A stretch of DNA of 64,000 nucleotides, from contig NC_043005.1 in the NCBI RefSeq assembly GCF_006345805.1, forward strand, positions 93,186,001 to 93,250,000, read 5' to 3'. Shown piece after piece: positions 12,969-26,394 of this stretch (positions are counted from its first letter, which is position 1; every line of letters begins with the position of its first letter). This DNA comes from Octopus sinensis (taxonomy: Eukaryota). Below the pieces are notes generated by a model. It saw only the letters and a list, made by a program, of their open reading frames with translations, was not told where the DNA came from and did not search any database. The translations under genes and the position numbers were made by a program.

Positions 12969-13639
12969 ATATTTATATATATACATGTATGTATTTATAT
13001 ATAATATACATGCATGCATGCATACATACATAATCACACAGACATGCATATATTTGTAGTCTTCATGTTTGAGATAAATTGAGCTCTTTATAGACTTCAG
13101 CAATTTGTGGGCGTGTGGAACAATCCTCATCGTTGCTGTTTGTAAATGCATTGATAGGTCAAATTCAAGCAAATGAAATGCAAGAAATTAATAAAATAGA
13201 AATTTTGTTTTTAGTTACTATGTTTGTCATGCAGCTAAAGTGGATTTTCCCGCCTCCCTCCCCCCACCAATCAAGTTCACTGTTAATTGAATTTCTGTTA
13301 AGATGACTCAGAATTTATTGCTTGATATTGTTTGTACTCATTCATGGTAGAATTTATAGACTTTAGGGGTTAGAATTAATACTATTCGCTACAAATATTA
13401 CTGTTATTTGTTTTATGTATAAACTTATTATTATTTTGATTATTAGTTATTGTTGTAGAAAGTTTAAAACCTTTGAATTATTTTGCCTGCTTTTGAAGAA
13501 TCAATCAGAGAATAGGGGGGAAATGGTGTGTCAATAATGCAAGAATTTATAAGACTTCAGTTTTTTTTCTAAATCACATTTTACCTTTTTGAATACAGTT
13601 TACAGATGTCTTTAGATCAAGTTACCACTCTCTGTCTGT

Positions 13640-13712
<73 letters not shown>

Positions 13713-14692
13713 ATGAAAATATTTTTTTTTTGTTCAATGCAAGCCAAAAGATTGATAATGATTTTGATTCAGTGGTTGATTGCCAGGTGTTTTTGTATTT
13801 GCATATTTTTTTAAAACTTATAATGAACATTTTGAACCAATCCTATCTTCTTATTCCCTTCCCATGCAAAACTGTTCATTCGAAGACTTGGCATTAGATA
13901 TTTCTCCTCAAATCAATGGACACATTCCCTAAATTTTAGGCCTTTGCTCTTAAAAGATGTCACTTTGGAATTGTAGAGATTGTATTTGATTTCTTAATTG
14001 AATGAAAACTAAACGTTTGAAAGAAACCAAAATCCAACTTGCTATATTTTTCATCATTTTGCCAGGTTAGCATTGATGAAATGATTCTGTAGAAATAAAT
14101 AAATATTAATCTGTGGATGCAGTTATTGTGAGTCTTAACCAGAACACATTTCTCAGTTTTTAACTTGAAATGCTGTTTGTTATCAGACAAATTGATGTAA
14201 TTGAATTGTGTACCTTAAACTCAACTCTCTTGTGCTATGTTTTAAATAAGATCAGTTTTCATAGTAATTATTTTTATCCTGTCAACATGAAAATCATCAA
14301 AAATGGGTTTCATGTTTAGTTTCCCTAAATCTAAGAGTAATTTTCTATTTAAATTCCTGAACAGAAATTTAATCTGTTGTTTACAACTGCAATTTGTTGT
14401 TTACTGTTTGTCAGACAATTTTGCTTGTATCATTTATTCTTGCATCCAGAACAAAATTCTACTGGTTGTTCCACTTCCTGAGATTACTTTTGGTAATCTT
14501 CCTGTTGTTTTTCTTATTAAAATCTAAATAGACCTTACTAAATAACTTAGGTGGATGCATACAGGTGCACTCTGATTCATTTCATTTAGGACAATGGATA
14601 TGACTTCATCATCCTCAGATACTCACATTTGCTTTATAACTTCAAGCCTGAAGTCAACCATTGTGCTGCTCCACGGTGCATGATGCGCAATT

Positions 14693-14827
<135 letters not shown>

Positions 14828-15315
14828 CTCCAGTCTACCTGACTGTAAAACACAGCATCCAACTTTAAATAGTATTATTCCAACAATTGGCATCTTATGT
14901 GAATATTGGAAAAGTATCCGGCCTATGTTGATATAGAAGACCTGTAAGAGAAAGAAAAAACATAAGTGTGTGGGTATGGCATCCAAAAATTCTTTGGCAA
15001 AACCATGCTGGCATGAAAAAGTGGATGTAAACACCCACCCCCACACATGCACAATGGCCTTAGAAAACACATAGTTGTGAAGTGAACTCCTTAACGATAG
15101 AGCCATGCATGTACTTTCTAGCCTTCTCTCCCTCTCTCTATGTATGTATGTATATATATATATATATAGAGAGAGAGAGGTTATAAGAGGTAATGGTGTC
15201 AATAAGACCCAAAGGTGTCAGGTAATGCTGAGTAAATGTTATGGATAGATCATAGTTAAGCTCCAGGTTCTGTGATTATGCGAATAAAGAGTCCAACGTA
15301 AGTCATATATCAGCA

Positions 15316-15965
15316 TGTGACAGAGTCAATGTAGAAAAGACCAAAGTTCTAGAAAGTAGGAAGGGGAACTCATCACACACACCTCCAGGTAGGTAGCCCT
15401 GCCCAATCTGTAGAAAAGGTGTAAATAGAAACTCCATAAGATGTACCCAGTGTAAGCTATGGACACATAAGAGGTGTAGCAACATCAAAGGAAGATTAAC
15501 CGGGAAAGATAGCTTTCATGTGCGGCAGATGCACAGGGGCAATAGACACCACAGATACTCAGAAAACAGATTCCATCACACTCTGTGGGGAGAAACTAGA
15601 AGTAGTTGATAGCTTCTGCTACCTAGGTGACCAAGTTAGTAGTAGGGGTAGATGGTCAGAGAATGTTACCACTAGAATAAGAATAGCTTTGGCAAAGTTT
15701 AGAAAGCTTCTACCCCTACTGGAGACAAAAGGTCTCTCGCTCAGAGTGAAAGGTAGATTGTATGACGCATGTGTGTGAACTGCCATGCTTTATGGCAGTG
15801 AAACATGGGCTGTGCCTGCTGAAGACATGTGTAGGTTCGAAAGAAATGAAGCTGGCATGATCTGCTGGGTGTGAAATGTCATTGTGCACACATGGCAGTC
15901 TAAACGCCCTGAGAGAAATGATGGACATAAAAAGCATCGGATGTAGCGTGCAAGAGAGACTGCTG
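15316..15965 (+). mobile_element. RTE-clade LINE fragment with Cys-rich PHD-like segment
   Basis: RVNVEKTKVL..CPICRKGVNRNSIRCTQCKLWTHKRC..CGRC..LEVVDSFCYLGD..RIRIALAKFRKLLPLL..VKGRLYDACV. Confidence 0.9.
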
Positions 15966-17519
15966 TGCTTACCTTTGATCATAGGGTAACCTGCTGTGCT
16001 TGAGGAGATCTATTGAGTCAAGTACATCAACATCAAAATAAAAATCAAATGGCTGTGCTTTCTTAGCCTGTAATTTATTGATGGTAGATGTATACTGGTT
16101 TCATCAAAGACTTATTCATTGTTAATCCAGAAGTGATCATTACCTGAATAAAAAAACAATTAGATGAAGCAATCTACTAATGTTTGTTAATTTTCTTGAG
16201 ATAGAAATGGTAACTTGACATTGTGACTGGAATTAGCATAAAACCTGAATGGATGTCTGTGTCTGTGATTTTCAGTAAATAAGAAAGTAAAGCATCAAAT
16301 TTTATCAGATTTAATAAAGATAGTAAAGAAAGGCTGAGAAAGTTCATCAGGAGATATGAAGCGCCAAAAGAGAAACTCTTTTTTTCTTTCTTTTGGCATC
16401 AAAATTGAACACTCAACAGTAAAAAAGGTTAATATGATTGTTAGTATGCTCCCCCTTAAAACCAAGCCTGATAATGTTTGTGTTAATAATGTTGAAGATA
16501 ATTGTGATACTTGCTTTGTCTTTGTGTGTGTGTGTTAACATTCAGTTGTGACACCATTGCGAATAAAGGAATAATATCAAAGACAAAATAGAAACAATTT
16601 CTCCCATATGGCTGACTTACAATTAAATAGCCAAGCAAGATAACCTGCAAAAAATTGTGCATGAATAGAGGAGTCATATGAAACATTGAATTAGATTTAC
16701 TCCCTGAAATAAGAGGATCAGTGCAGAGTTGTGCACATAAGTATTTAAAGATGGTGAAAATTAATGGTACCAGATGCAGCAATAAAAAAATAGCATTAAG
16801 AACTATTACAGAATAAACAAATAGTTTTTAAGAAAAGAATTCAATTGACTCAATACCATTTGTCCAGTTCTGAAGTACAGCTTCAGTACAATACACTGGA
16901 GGATAAGTAAATGTAGAAAGACTAAATAGGAACTGCCAACAACTGCAGCTCAGACAAACCCATGACAAGGGAACAGAGCCTAAGTACAAATACGTTAGCA
17001 AATTGAGCTCAGTGGATCTTGAAGAATACAAGCAAATGTAAATTGATTAATATAAGGAACATAATTATAAACTATTTTGTGTATGTGTGTGTATGTATAC
17101 AGTTAAGTATGTGTGTATGTATGTACTCTTCCTTTATTGGTGGGATCAACAAGAAAACGTCCACCATACAGCAGAAGAAAAGTATTGTTTAATAAAAAAA
17201 GGATGTTTATTTTGAGCCTGAATCATTGCAGGATAATATACAATGTGCTAAACAAGCCCATCCAATTACTGTAGTATCTGAGCATGAAACTTATAGTAGC
17301 TCATATTTAATTCCTGTATTTATAAAGTATTTATAAGAGAACCGCAGTTCTCTTTCTGTGGAATTATTTTGTGATGCACATGGTAATCTTGGAGGCAAAA
17401 TATGAATTCACTCGTCTATATAGATTTGGATGTGCTGACTATCTTCTGTTATTTCCGATGGCGCTGGATCGGGATACAAAGGGTAGGTTCATAGCATTTG
17501 CAAATTTATAATTTATCGG

Positions 17520-17581
17520 ATTGTGGTGCTGATGACGGGAATGAGTTTTTTATAATTCTAACCCAGAAACGCGTCCACAAT
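17520..17581 (+). ncRNA. Type I hammerhead ribozyme motif (Penelope-associated minimal type)
   Basis: CTGATGA 17529-35; stem II GGG/CCC; GAAAC-GC-GTC 17566-75 with palindromic ACGCGT; stem I GTG/CAC plus ATT/AAT around a 3-nt bulge. Confidence 0.8.
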
Positions 17582-18058
17582 TGACCAAAGACTGTTTGAT
17601 TTCGTTATTTTTCTTCTTTTGCCTATGTGAGTTACAAGTAATGTTATATGTGGAGTAATATTTGCAGTAAAAAGGAATAAGCGGTATTTGGCTGCTATTT
17701 CTAAATTTTTGGTATACATATATATATATAAACTTTTTGTAAAAGTTACTACCGATAATGGTTCTCTTTCCATACCAAAACTACTTGGTAATAATTATTA
17801 ATTTTAAAATTAATAATTATTCACCCTTATATTAGTATATAAACACACACACACATATATATATATATACATTTGTATATACACACATAAATATATATAT
17901 ATATATATATATACCTATATATAAAAGTAATTTTAGAGACAGGACCACCTTCAACTCCATCAACACAGAAAAGTTTTATACCCAACCACTCCATAAAATG
18001 TTAAAAATTAAATCTAATACTAACTATATCTATTCTGAGTCTTCTATTTTCCGTTTAT

Positions 18059-18159
18059 AAGACTACACGTGTTTCATGAAAGTACGTCGGTATTGGTTAG
18101 ATGCGAGGTATCTAGTTTCAATACTTACTCGGGTTGACATGCTCCCAATCCTCAGGTCT
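18059..18159 (-). ncRNA. Type I hammerhead ribozyme motif with enlarged branched stem II
   Basis: Minus strand AGAC-CTGAGGA-T-TGGGAG...CTTTCA-T-GAAACACGTGTA-GTCT; palindromic stem III ACACGTGT; stem I AGAC/GTCT. Confidence 0.7.
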
Positions 18160-18814
18160 GGATTCCTCTACATTTTTCACTACCCCTATCTCTTATATAC
18201 TTCCATGATACTCTGTATCTTCAATATAATCTTACTTAACATGGCTCTGCATGTGTAATGGAGTTTACGAACACACACGTGTAATGGTATTTGGGAACAC
18301 ACACACACACACACACAGCAAGGTAGACAAAAAATTATTTCTTTACTAGATTTCCAAATAAACTGCCATGTTCCTCTCCCTAGATTTAACTTCAACTTGT
18401 TTGGGTTTTTTTTTATTTTTGTAAATTTTTATAGTGTATGTTTGTTTATTTTTCACTTTATTGTGAAATGTTAAAATGATGTATTTTGCTGTTTGTCAAC
18501 TTGTTTTAAATAATGAAAATATTTTTCTTAAAATAATTGTCACTTTCGGATTTTTTCGATATTTTGTCTGTATTGTAGTTATTAGTGATTGTATTTTTCT
18601 TTATTAGCCTTTATGTTGTGTTTTTCATTCCATGTTTCATGTCGTAACAATGTGTTTGTTACATATATGTTTATTGTTGTTGGGGTTTTTTTTATCATTT
18701 ATTTTAAAAGAAATTTTGTTTTCTAGCTTTATGCTTGGTGTACAAATTTAGAATGTTTCACCATAATAGATAAGACTTCCAAATGTTTACTTGTTTGTTA
18801 TTATTATTATTATT

Positions 18815-19010
18815 AAGGCAGTGGGCTAGCAGAATCGTTAGCACGTTGGATGAAATGCTCAGTGACAATTCTTGCAGCCCTTTATATTCTAAGTTCAAAT
18901 ACCACCAAAGATGAACTTTGCCTTTCACCGTTTTGTGGTTGGCCAAGTACTAGGGTTCAATACCATCAACTAACCCCATTGCCCAAAAATTCCTGGCCGA
19001 TTGTTTGAAA
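18815..19010 (+). mobile_element. SINE, second family (aggcagtgggctagcagaatcgttagc...)
   Basis: Same family as copies at 35812-36114, 43165-43585 and 48157-49335. Confidence 0.8.
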
Positions 19011-21118
19011 CGGTTGTTGTTGTTATTTTATGTTACATTCATGTCATGATCACCTTTATTCTTCATTCAATCAACCAAAGTTCTCTTCCTCTATTCATTA
19101 ACTGCTTTGTGCCAATGGGTGAAATCCTTGGCACCCATCATCATCATCATTATTATTATTATTATTAATTTTCATTATTCATAAATTTTGTTAGGTTTCA
19201 CTTAAGTCATTAACAACTTCAAATTCAATAAGTTCTACCAGCATTGGAATGGTTTTAGTCTTTCAGATATTCGCCTTTTCTCTAGTGTCTCTCACATGTT
19301 ATCAATGCTATCATCGTTATAATTCACTTGTCTTAATCAGAAATTGTCTATTTTTTCCCCTTTACTTTTCCTTCATTTCTCTTTTCTCTCTTATTTACCT
19401 TTCTCCTTTTTGTTTTTCATAAAAGAAAGAGGGATTCAACTTTTCACTTATTAATTTTCATAGCAATTACAAAGATTGAAAATTGACTTATTTACATCAA
19501 CACCTCTTTTAATTCAGGAATAGAATACAGTTTATGTGTTACAAACGCTTCTTCCATACATCCTGCATTTCGTAATTTGTTTCTTCCTTTCTAAAATGTC
19601 CTCTGCTACTAATTAACTACGTATAAGTGTCTGTGCATAGCCATTCTTTCCAGAATGATCTAGTTTAACATTGCATCTTTGAAGGATGAGATGTCTTTAT
19701 AAGTCTGCCATCATAATATCTCTTGTATGTTCTCAAAGGACACTTGCTTACACCCCCACTCTCTCTCTCAGAAATTGTTGAACATTTGGGTGCCTAATAC
19801 TCTTCTGGAATGGATACTTTAGTGTCATGGCAAATCTCTTACACACACGCACGCACACCCACACACATATATGATATGTATTTCAGATATATATATATAT
19901 ATATATATATATTTAAAGGTCTGTATAGAATTTGCATTTACATGCCTGTTTGTGAACACACATTAACAATAGAAATTCTTTTTTAAATCACCTATTTCCA
20001 TTTTTTCCAAATATTAATAAGATCGTTAATTCATTAATGGATTATCAAAGGAAACAATTCTATTTTGGTATCATTTAAACATGGGATTCTTAATCAAACT
20101 AAAACTAAATTAGATTAACACAACGAAACACTGTGTCAGTAGAATTACATATGAAAACACTGAATTTCTCATTGTTTTATTGTAGTAACAACCTACGGCT
20201 CTTGAATCATTCCTAAACTGTTCCAACTGTAAGATTTTCAAAGGGATGTTACACAATTGCTCTCTTTTGTTAGGTTCGTATCAGAACTCTAATAGCATTA
20301 TACAACAGCAACGCCTTTCTCTATAAACTATTACTTTGTACAAAATGGAACTGGATGAATAGAAGCCTCATCAGCAGAGAGAGAGAGAGAGAGAAATTAT
20401 TACTGCTGTTTGGCACTTTGAGCAGCTCTACATGTTGGACTACATCTTAGTTAGATATCTATTCATAACAGCTAACCTATCTGAAATGTATTTCATTTAT
20501 ATCATCATAGTATACATCTATTAAATCGTTGAATAAATCACGTTTTTTTGTCCAAAAAGGGACCATATTGCTCCAATGCAGTTTCTGGACTCCCTCCCTA
20601 CTTATTTATCATTAATTCCTTTTTTTTTTTTTTTTCAACTGCTGTTATTTTCATTCATTAATGAACATTCAGATATCTGACAATAAGTGTGAAAACTGAC
20701 ATAATCATCAGATGTTTTTTTGTCCTGGTGCACTGCAATGTTGATTCAAAATAGTGTCAGACATCCAGCTCCTATGGCGTTCATATATTTGGTAATGAAA
20801 CGGGAATCTATTAATTGGTCTTTGCTCATGAGATTACTGTGTTGCTTTGTTGACCTTATGTTCCAGCCTTTCTATTGTCTTCCTGACAATGTATTCCATT
20901 CTTCCATCCTAGACAATCTTCTGCAGTAAGAAGAGTATCCAACTGTAAAAAAAAAGAAAAAAAAAAAAACTGTAAACATGTCCCTAAATTTGCAAAACTA
21001 GCTAACCCAGATCATTATAGGAAATTGGGGGTAAAACAGCTCTCTTTGCTTCTCAATCATTTTGTTCCCTTTTCTTCTTTCAAATAAATTTCCCTTCATA
21101 AAGTTAGTGATAGTATTC

Positions 21119-21165
<47 letters not shown>

Positions 21166-21710
21166 TCACTTTTATATTATTGGGTACTTTTTCCAAATAT
21201 GTATATGAAACTATATAAACACACACACATACACACACCCATATATGCATGGTGTATGTAGTGAATGCAGCATGAAAACATGGATGTAAAATGCTGATGA
21301 TATCTATCTCGTCTATCTACCTGTATGTGTGTGCGTGTGCATGTGTGCGTGCATGTGTTTATATGTGCACATTTACACACGAATACATGACTAACCAGTT
21401 CAGGTCACTTTTCTTATTAATACGCACACACACACACTAACATACACACACACACATACATCATTGATTAATATTATTATAAGGCATTTCTTTATTTTTT
21501 GTTTCATTGATTGATTTTTTTTTTAAATTCCTTATTTTCTACACCAATTCTGTAGGGATTGATTCTGCATGATCTTGTTTTTGTCTTTTACTGCTGCTTG
21601 AAGACTGCAAATAATTTTTGTTCTCATTTTTTATCTTGTGAGCATGTTTTGTTTCTGTTTTTCTTTTCTTTTTTTTTTACTAATTTAAACTGTATAAACT
21701 GATGTGTATA

Positions 21711-21747
<37 letters not shown>

Positions 21748-23719
21748 GATTTTGATCAAATATCATTTCAGCTAAGCACAAATATTGTTTGATTTATAAA
21801 TCAAAACCTGTTGTAGTGTCAATTAAGTCTTTGTTTAATAAAACAAATAATAATCTCATTTGATTAGTAGTAGCACAAACTAAGATAGTCTTTTAATGAA
21901 GACCTTAATCACCTGTATAGTTTTCCATGTTAATTATTCTCAAATCATTAGTGCAGTGTTTTGTGAATTTATTGAAAATCTTAAATTTACATATTTTCTG
22001 CTTTGTATATTTGTTGAGCAAGAAACATCTGGAGTGTGTGTGTGTGTGCATGCATGTATTACTTGTAGCTAAATTTCAATAGGTTGGTTTTTAAAGTGGC
22101 AGAGAATGTCGAAAACTTAATTTTGAAAGTTCACAAAAAATGTGCCATTCAAAAACGAGTTCTAAAGTGTTTCAAGATATTACTTAAATGCCAAATATAT
22201 AACTAAATGAGTAATGTGTTTGGTCTAGATGTTGCCAGCAGACGTACAAGGCTGCCATTATGTGAGCTTTCTCAAAGGTGGCTGACTTGATCCTCAGTAA
22301 AACAAGGTATTGTAACGGCCAAACAGGGTAGCATTGGGCTCAGGACCTTAATGCTCATGAAATGAAAAAGCAAACGAAATGCTTTCTAATGAATGTGAAT
22401 TTCTTTAAAGAAAAACTCAAGAAGAGAAACACACATTCTTTTGTTTTGAGAGTTTTCCTCAATGTATCTTTTATGGTTTGTATATTCTGAAGGAAAACCA
22501 AGACCAAATAAGTAGATACTTATTTCGATTATAGAGTTAAAAAGAAAACTCTTTCTAATGTAAAGAGACAGATTTTCCTAAAAGAGAGCTTGATACTGGC
22601 CATTACTGTGGCTGCTTAGTGTCTCACAAATAGATAGGAAGATATTGACTTCATTGTGGAATATACAGAGAGTAGGTTGAGGTGGGGTGAAAAGAAGGAA
22701 GCATTTCACATGACTACTTCAGTCACTGGAATAGGAATAAGAATGGCTTTGAAAGAATTTATCCCAAGTAAAACCATCAGAACTTCTTGTTGAAGAAATC
22801 AAATGGTTAGGGAAGCAAATGGAGGACAGAATAATAAAAGAGAAAGCTGCAATTCTTTCAAGTATTGTTGAAAATGTGTTTTATGCATCAAGTTGGGTTT
22901 AGTATTGCATAACTCATTTGCTTCGTTAAGCATTTGATAAAAATTCAATTCTTGTAGTCAGCACAAATAATGTCTGCAGAAAATATGCACCACTGAGATC
23001 TCTGGCATACTGATAAGAAAGCAGAATTTTAGATGTACAAGATATGTTGGTTTGCTTGGCAGAAAGAGCAGCTATAAAAGGAAGATGGAATGTTCAGATA
23101 ATTTGCTTAAAGTATTTCTCTTTCCTCAGTAACATTACTAACACTGAAAGCAAATCAGTTAAAACACAGAGAGGGTGGTAACAATGCTAGATTGGAAATG
23201 TTTTTTAAATCTTGCCTCCAAATTTTAATAAATACAATACCAAGCAGAAGACTGAATATATCCAAGTTCTGATGAGAGAATTTTTTGAAATGTGTGTATT
23301 TCAGACAATGATCTACCAGTAAAATACTTTAAATTTCTCTCTCACACACACACATTCACACCACACACACACACACACACACGCACACACACGCACACAC
23401 ACACACACACTCACACTCACACACACACACTCACACACACACACTCACACACTCACTCACTCACGCACACACACTCACACACATTCACACACACATTCAC
23501 ACAAGCACAAACACACATGTAAAGCACACCTCTGATCTTTCAGATGTTCTTTTGCGAATGCAGATGTTGCTTCAAGTAACTGGTAAAGTGTTTCCTTATT
23601 TCGTAGTTTGTGGGGTCTGTTCAGAGTGCTCAAAGCAGGTCATGTGACTGGAAATGCTGGAGGTCCTAAGTTCAGTTGCTTGGTTTGAGATGTAGAAAAG
23701 GTTGGAAATTCTCCATTAG

Positions 23720-24010
23720 GCATGCCAATCTGTAGTGATAACACTTTGTATTTTCTGTTGAAGCATATTGTGTGCTGGTTCAGTATCTGGAAGTTTTCAG
23801 ATAGGCAATGACTACAATTATGTGACCAAATCAAATATGGACGAGCTCTATCAATAACATTATAAGTTATAGTGGGGTGATGGTGTCCTTAATTCTTGTG
23901 TTTCTAGATATATCAGGACAGGGAAGCAGAATTTCTTGTTGTTAAGGCTAAAGTAATTGTTATGTTGCTTGAAGTTATTAATGGTGAGTGCCATATTGTT
24001 CCTCTGGATT
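23720..24010 (-). mobile_element. Penelope-like element GIY-YIG endonuclease relic
   Basis: Minus strand YNVIDRARPY..SHNCSHCLSENFQILN..FNRK resembles the PLE motif W.II.RA.PY....CNLCL.EK..IL...LNKR. Confidence 0.55.
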
Positions 24011-26394
24011 AGGTAGTGTGACTGATGCTTGGTGTACCTTCCTGTTGGAGAGGTAATGTCCCATGAGTGGACAAGTGGGTTGATTTTGACAGTTGCAAGG
24101 TGACTGTTGGGGTGTTAACATATGTTTTTAAGTGAGGCATTTGGTGGTGGGGACAGTCTAGGCCAGAATAGTATGCATTAAATAACTTATGGTATTTGTA
24201 TTTTAGTGGTACCGTACAAAAGATACAAATATGTAGAGAAGACATAAGGGAGGGTGAGGGGGAGTGTCTTCTTAAGAGTAATTTTTCTCTATGATTAGCT
24301 GTGTCTTTTCTTTTCTTTTCCTATTTTGATGCATTTCAGATAATCCCAGTATACAGTTATTGGTCCACACATACCTATTTACATATCTGTACACACTGGT
24401 AAACACATGTAAAAATGTAAAAAAGTTATGGACATGTGAAAAATATGGGTGAAAACACCAGATGTTTTTTTGTGTTAGATTTTTGAAAAGTTTAATAACA
24501 CACATGACTGGTTTAATTCAATGCTGCTTCAATTGTGTATACGGGATTTTTATGCAGCCCAATGGCTATTTGCCTTAGCAATGGATGTATTATTCATTAT
24601 TCCCTTTATATCAAAAGTGATAAATCTTGTCTTGGCATGTGGCTGCAAGTACACATCATTGACAAAGCCTGTGTATGCTGGAAATGCATCTGGTATTCTC
24701 ATTAACTGCTACCAGGATGATTTTTCATTTGCCTCTGATATGTATTGTGTTTTTAACACAGCATATTTTTAAGAGATTTGATCTTGAGTGAAAACTACAG
24801 TCTTTCCTACCAGTAACGTTGTGTATGATGCACTGATGGCTATTTTGTTTAAAAGAAGAAAACTAAGGAGTATTAGTGAAGTGTCTCTGTCTTTACTGTG
24901 AATTTCTCTTTTCAATAAATTTGGGTTTAAGTCATCTCTGAATTTAAAATCGCACCAAATTTGTGATTTCATTGAGTTTTTTTTCTAATGTTTTTATTGT
25001 TTATCATAATTTCTGGATAAATAGAAAATATCTGCAATGTTACTTCTCTACGCTTCTTTAAAAAAATTTTGTGGGGGGAAATGAATGTCAGCAATATCAT
25101 CTAATTTCTGTCTCAGTGTGAGCTAAGAATTCATTGTATTTATTTCTTTGTTATCTATTTAAAGTGAAGTAGAACTCTGTTGAAACAGGGAAATTATTTG
25201 TTTGAACCCTGGTTCTTTGATATGGACTTCCCATTTTCCAGTGATCTAAGTTAAATCTTTCCATCAAAATTCCATGTTAATTAATGTTCTAAGTACTAGC
25301 TATATTGTTTGTTATTTCCAAAATTAATTGAAGGAAATTCAGTGTATTTCAACTGAAATTTGGTAACAAAAGAGTTAATGTATAACATTTCTAACCTAAG
25401 TTGGGGTGGAATTCTACCATGAAATTCTAAAGAAATTACAGATTAAGCTGTCTAATAAATAAAAATAAATCCAAAATGTAAAAGTAAGACATAACTTTAT
25501 GGTTCATTGATTTAGTCATGTAAATTATTTGAGCCATCTGTCTTCATTGGTTCATTGAGTTGTAAATTAATTTTTTGATGCCAAATACTCTGGTTCTATA
25601 AAAACTAAAATTCCTGTTTCAACACTATCTAAATTAAAATCTTGCATCAAAATATAAAGTTAATTTTCGTTCCAAACTTCAGTTTTATAAATCAAATGGT
25701 TGCTGTAGGCTACATATTTTTCAAAATTAATTGAAATAGAGGCAGTGTATTTTAATGATATGGTAACAAAATGGCTAAGCCTGTATACAAATAAATCTCT
25801 CTTTGAAAATAGACCTTGCCTATTTCAGATCAACTTTTTTAGGCAAAGATACTTTTAAACAGAATAATAATTTGCAAATATCTAAAAATAAGTAACATGC
25901 TCAAAGACTAAGAGGATGCCTGTATAGACTGTTTATGATCGAAAGATAATATTCTGCCATTTAGTATATTCAGATATTAAAATTCTTTATTCTACTAAAG
26001 TTGTTTCATCCTTAACTATTTAAAGATAGAATTAGCACATGAATAAAATTCAGTTTCTATTTAAAAGTAGTTTTGATAACTAAGTCATCATTTGTGATCT
26101 ACTAACAACACTAGGAGAGTTAAACCACCACATTTCAATCTGTTTTGTATTATGACAATTAGCTTCTATTTTTATGATTTTTCTTCATTTTTTTTAACCA
26201 CAAAGACTATATTGTGAGTACACCTGTCCATAACAAGTTTATACTTTACTTTTTTACTGACTTAAAGCTTTTTTAAAAAGAAAATCCATGAAAATTTCAA
26301 TGTTTTTAATGTAGTAATATAGTTTAATTCATAATGAAAAAATAAAATCCATGTGTTGTTTCTTCCTCTAAAAGATGCCCTTGTATCTTTTTAG

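Noticed and set aside
15815-15850. CTGAAGA..CGAAAG
   Set aside because: Lies in the RTE coding frame, with no stems I or III
17458-17490. ATGGCGCTGGATCGGGATACAAAGG|gtaggt as an alternative first exon
   Set aside because: Sits within the ribozyme-bearing repeat cassette and has no homology or promoter support; cannot be excluded without RNA data
22260-22307. Minus-strand CTGAGGA-TCAAG..TTTGA-GAAAGCTC hammerhead-like match
   Set aside because: Cores, stem II and the AGCT palindrome are present, but stem I cannot close (A opposite A); compatible with chance
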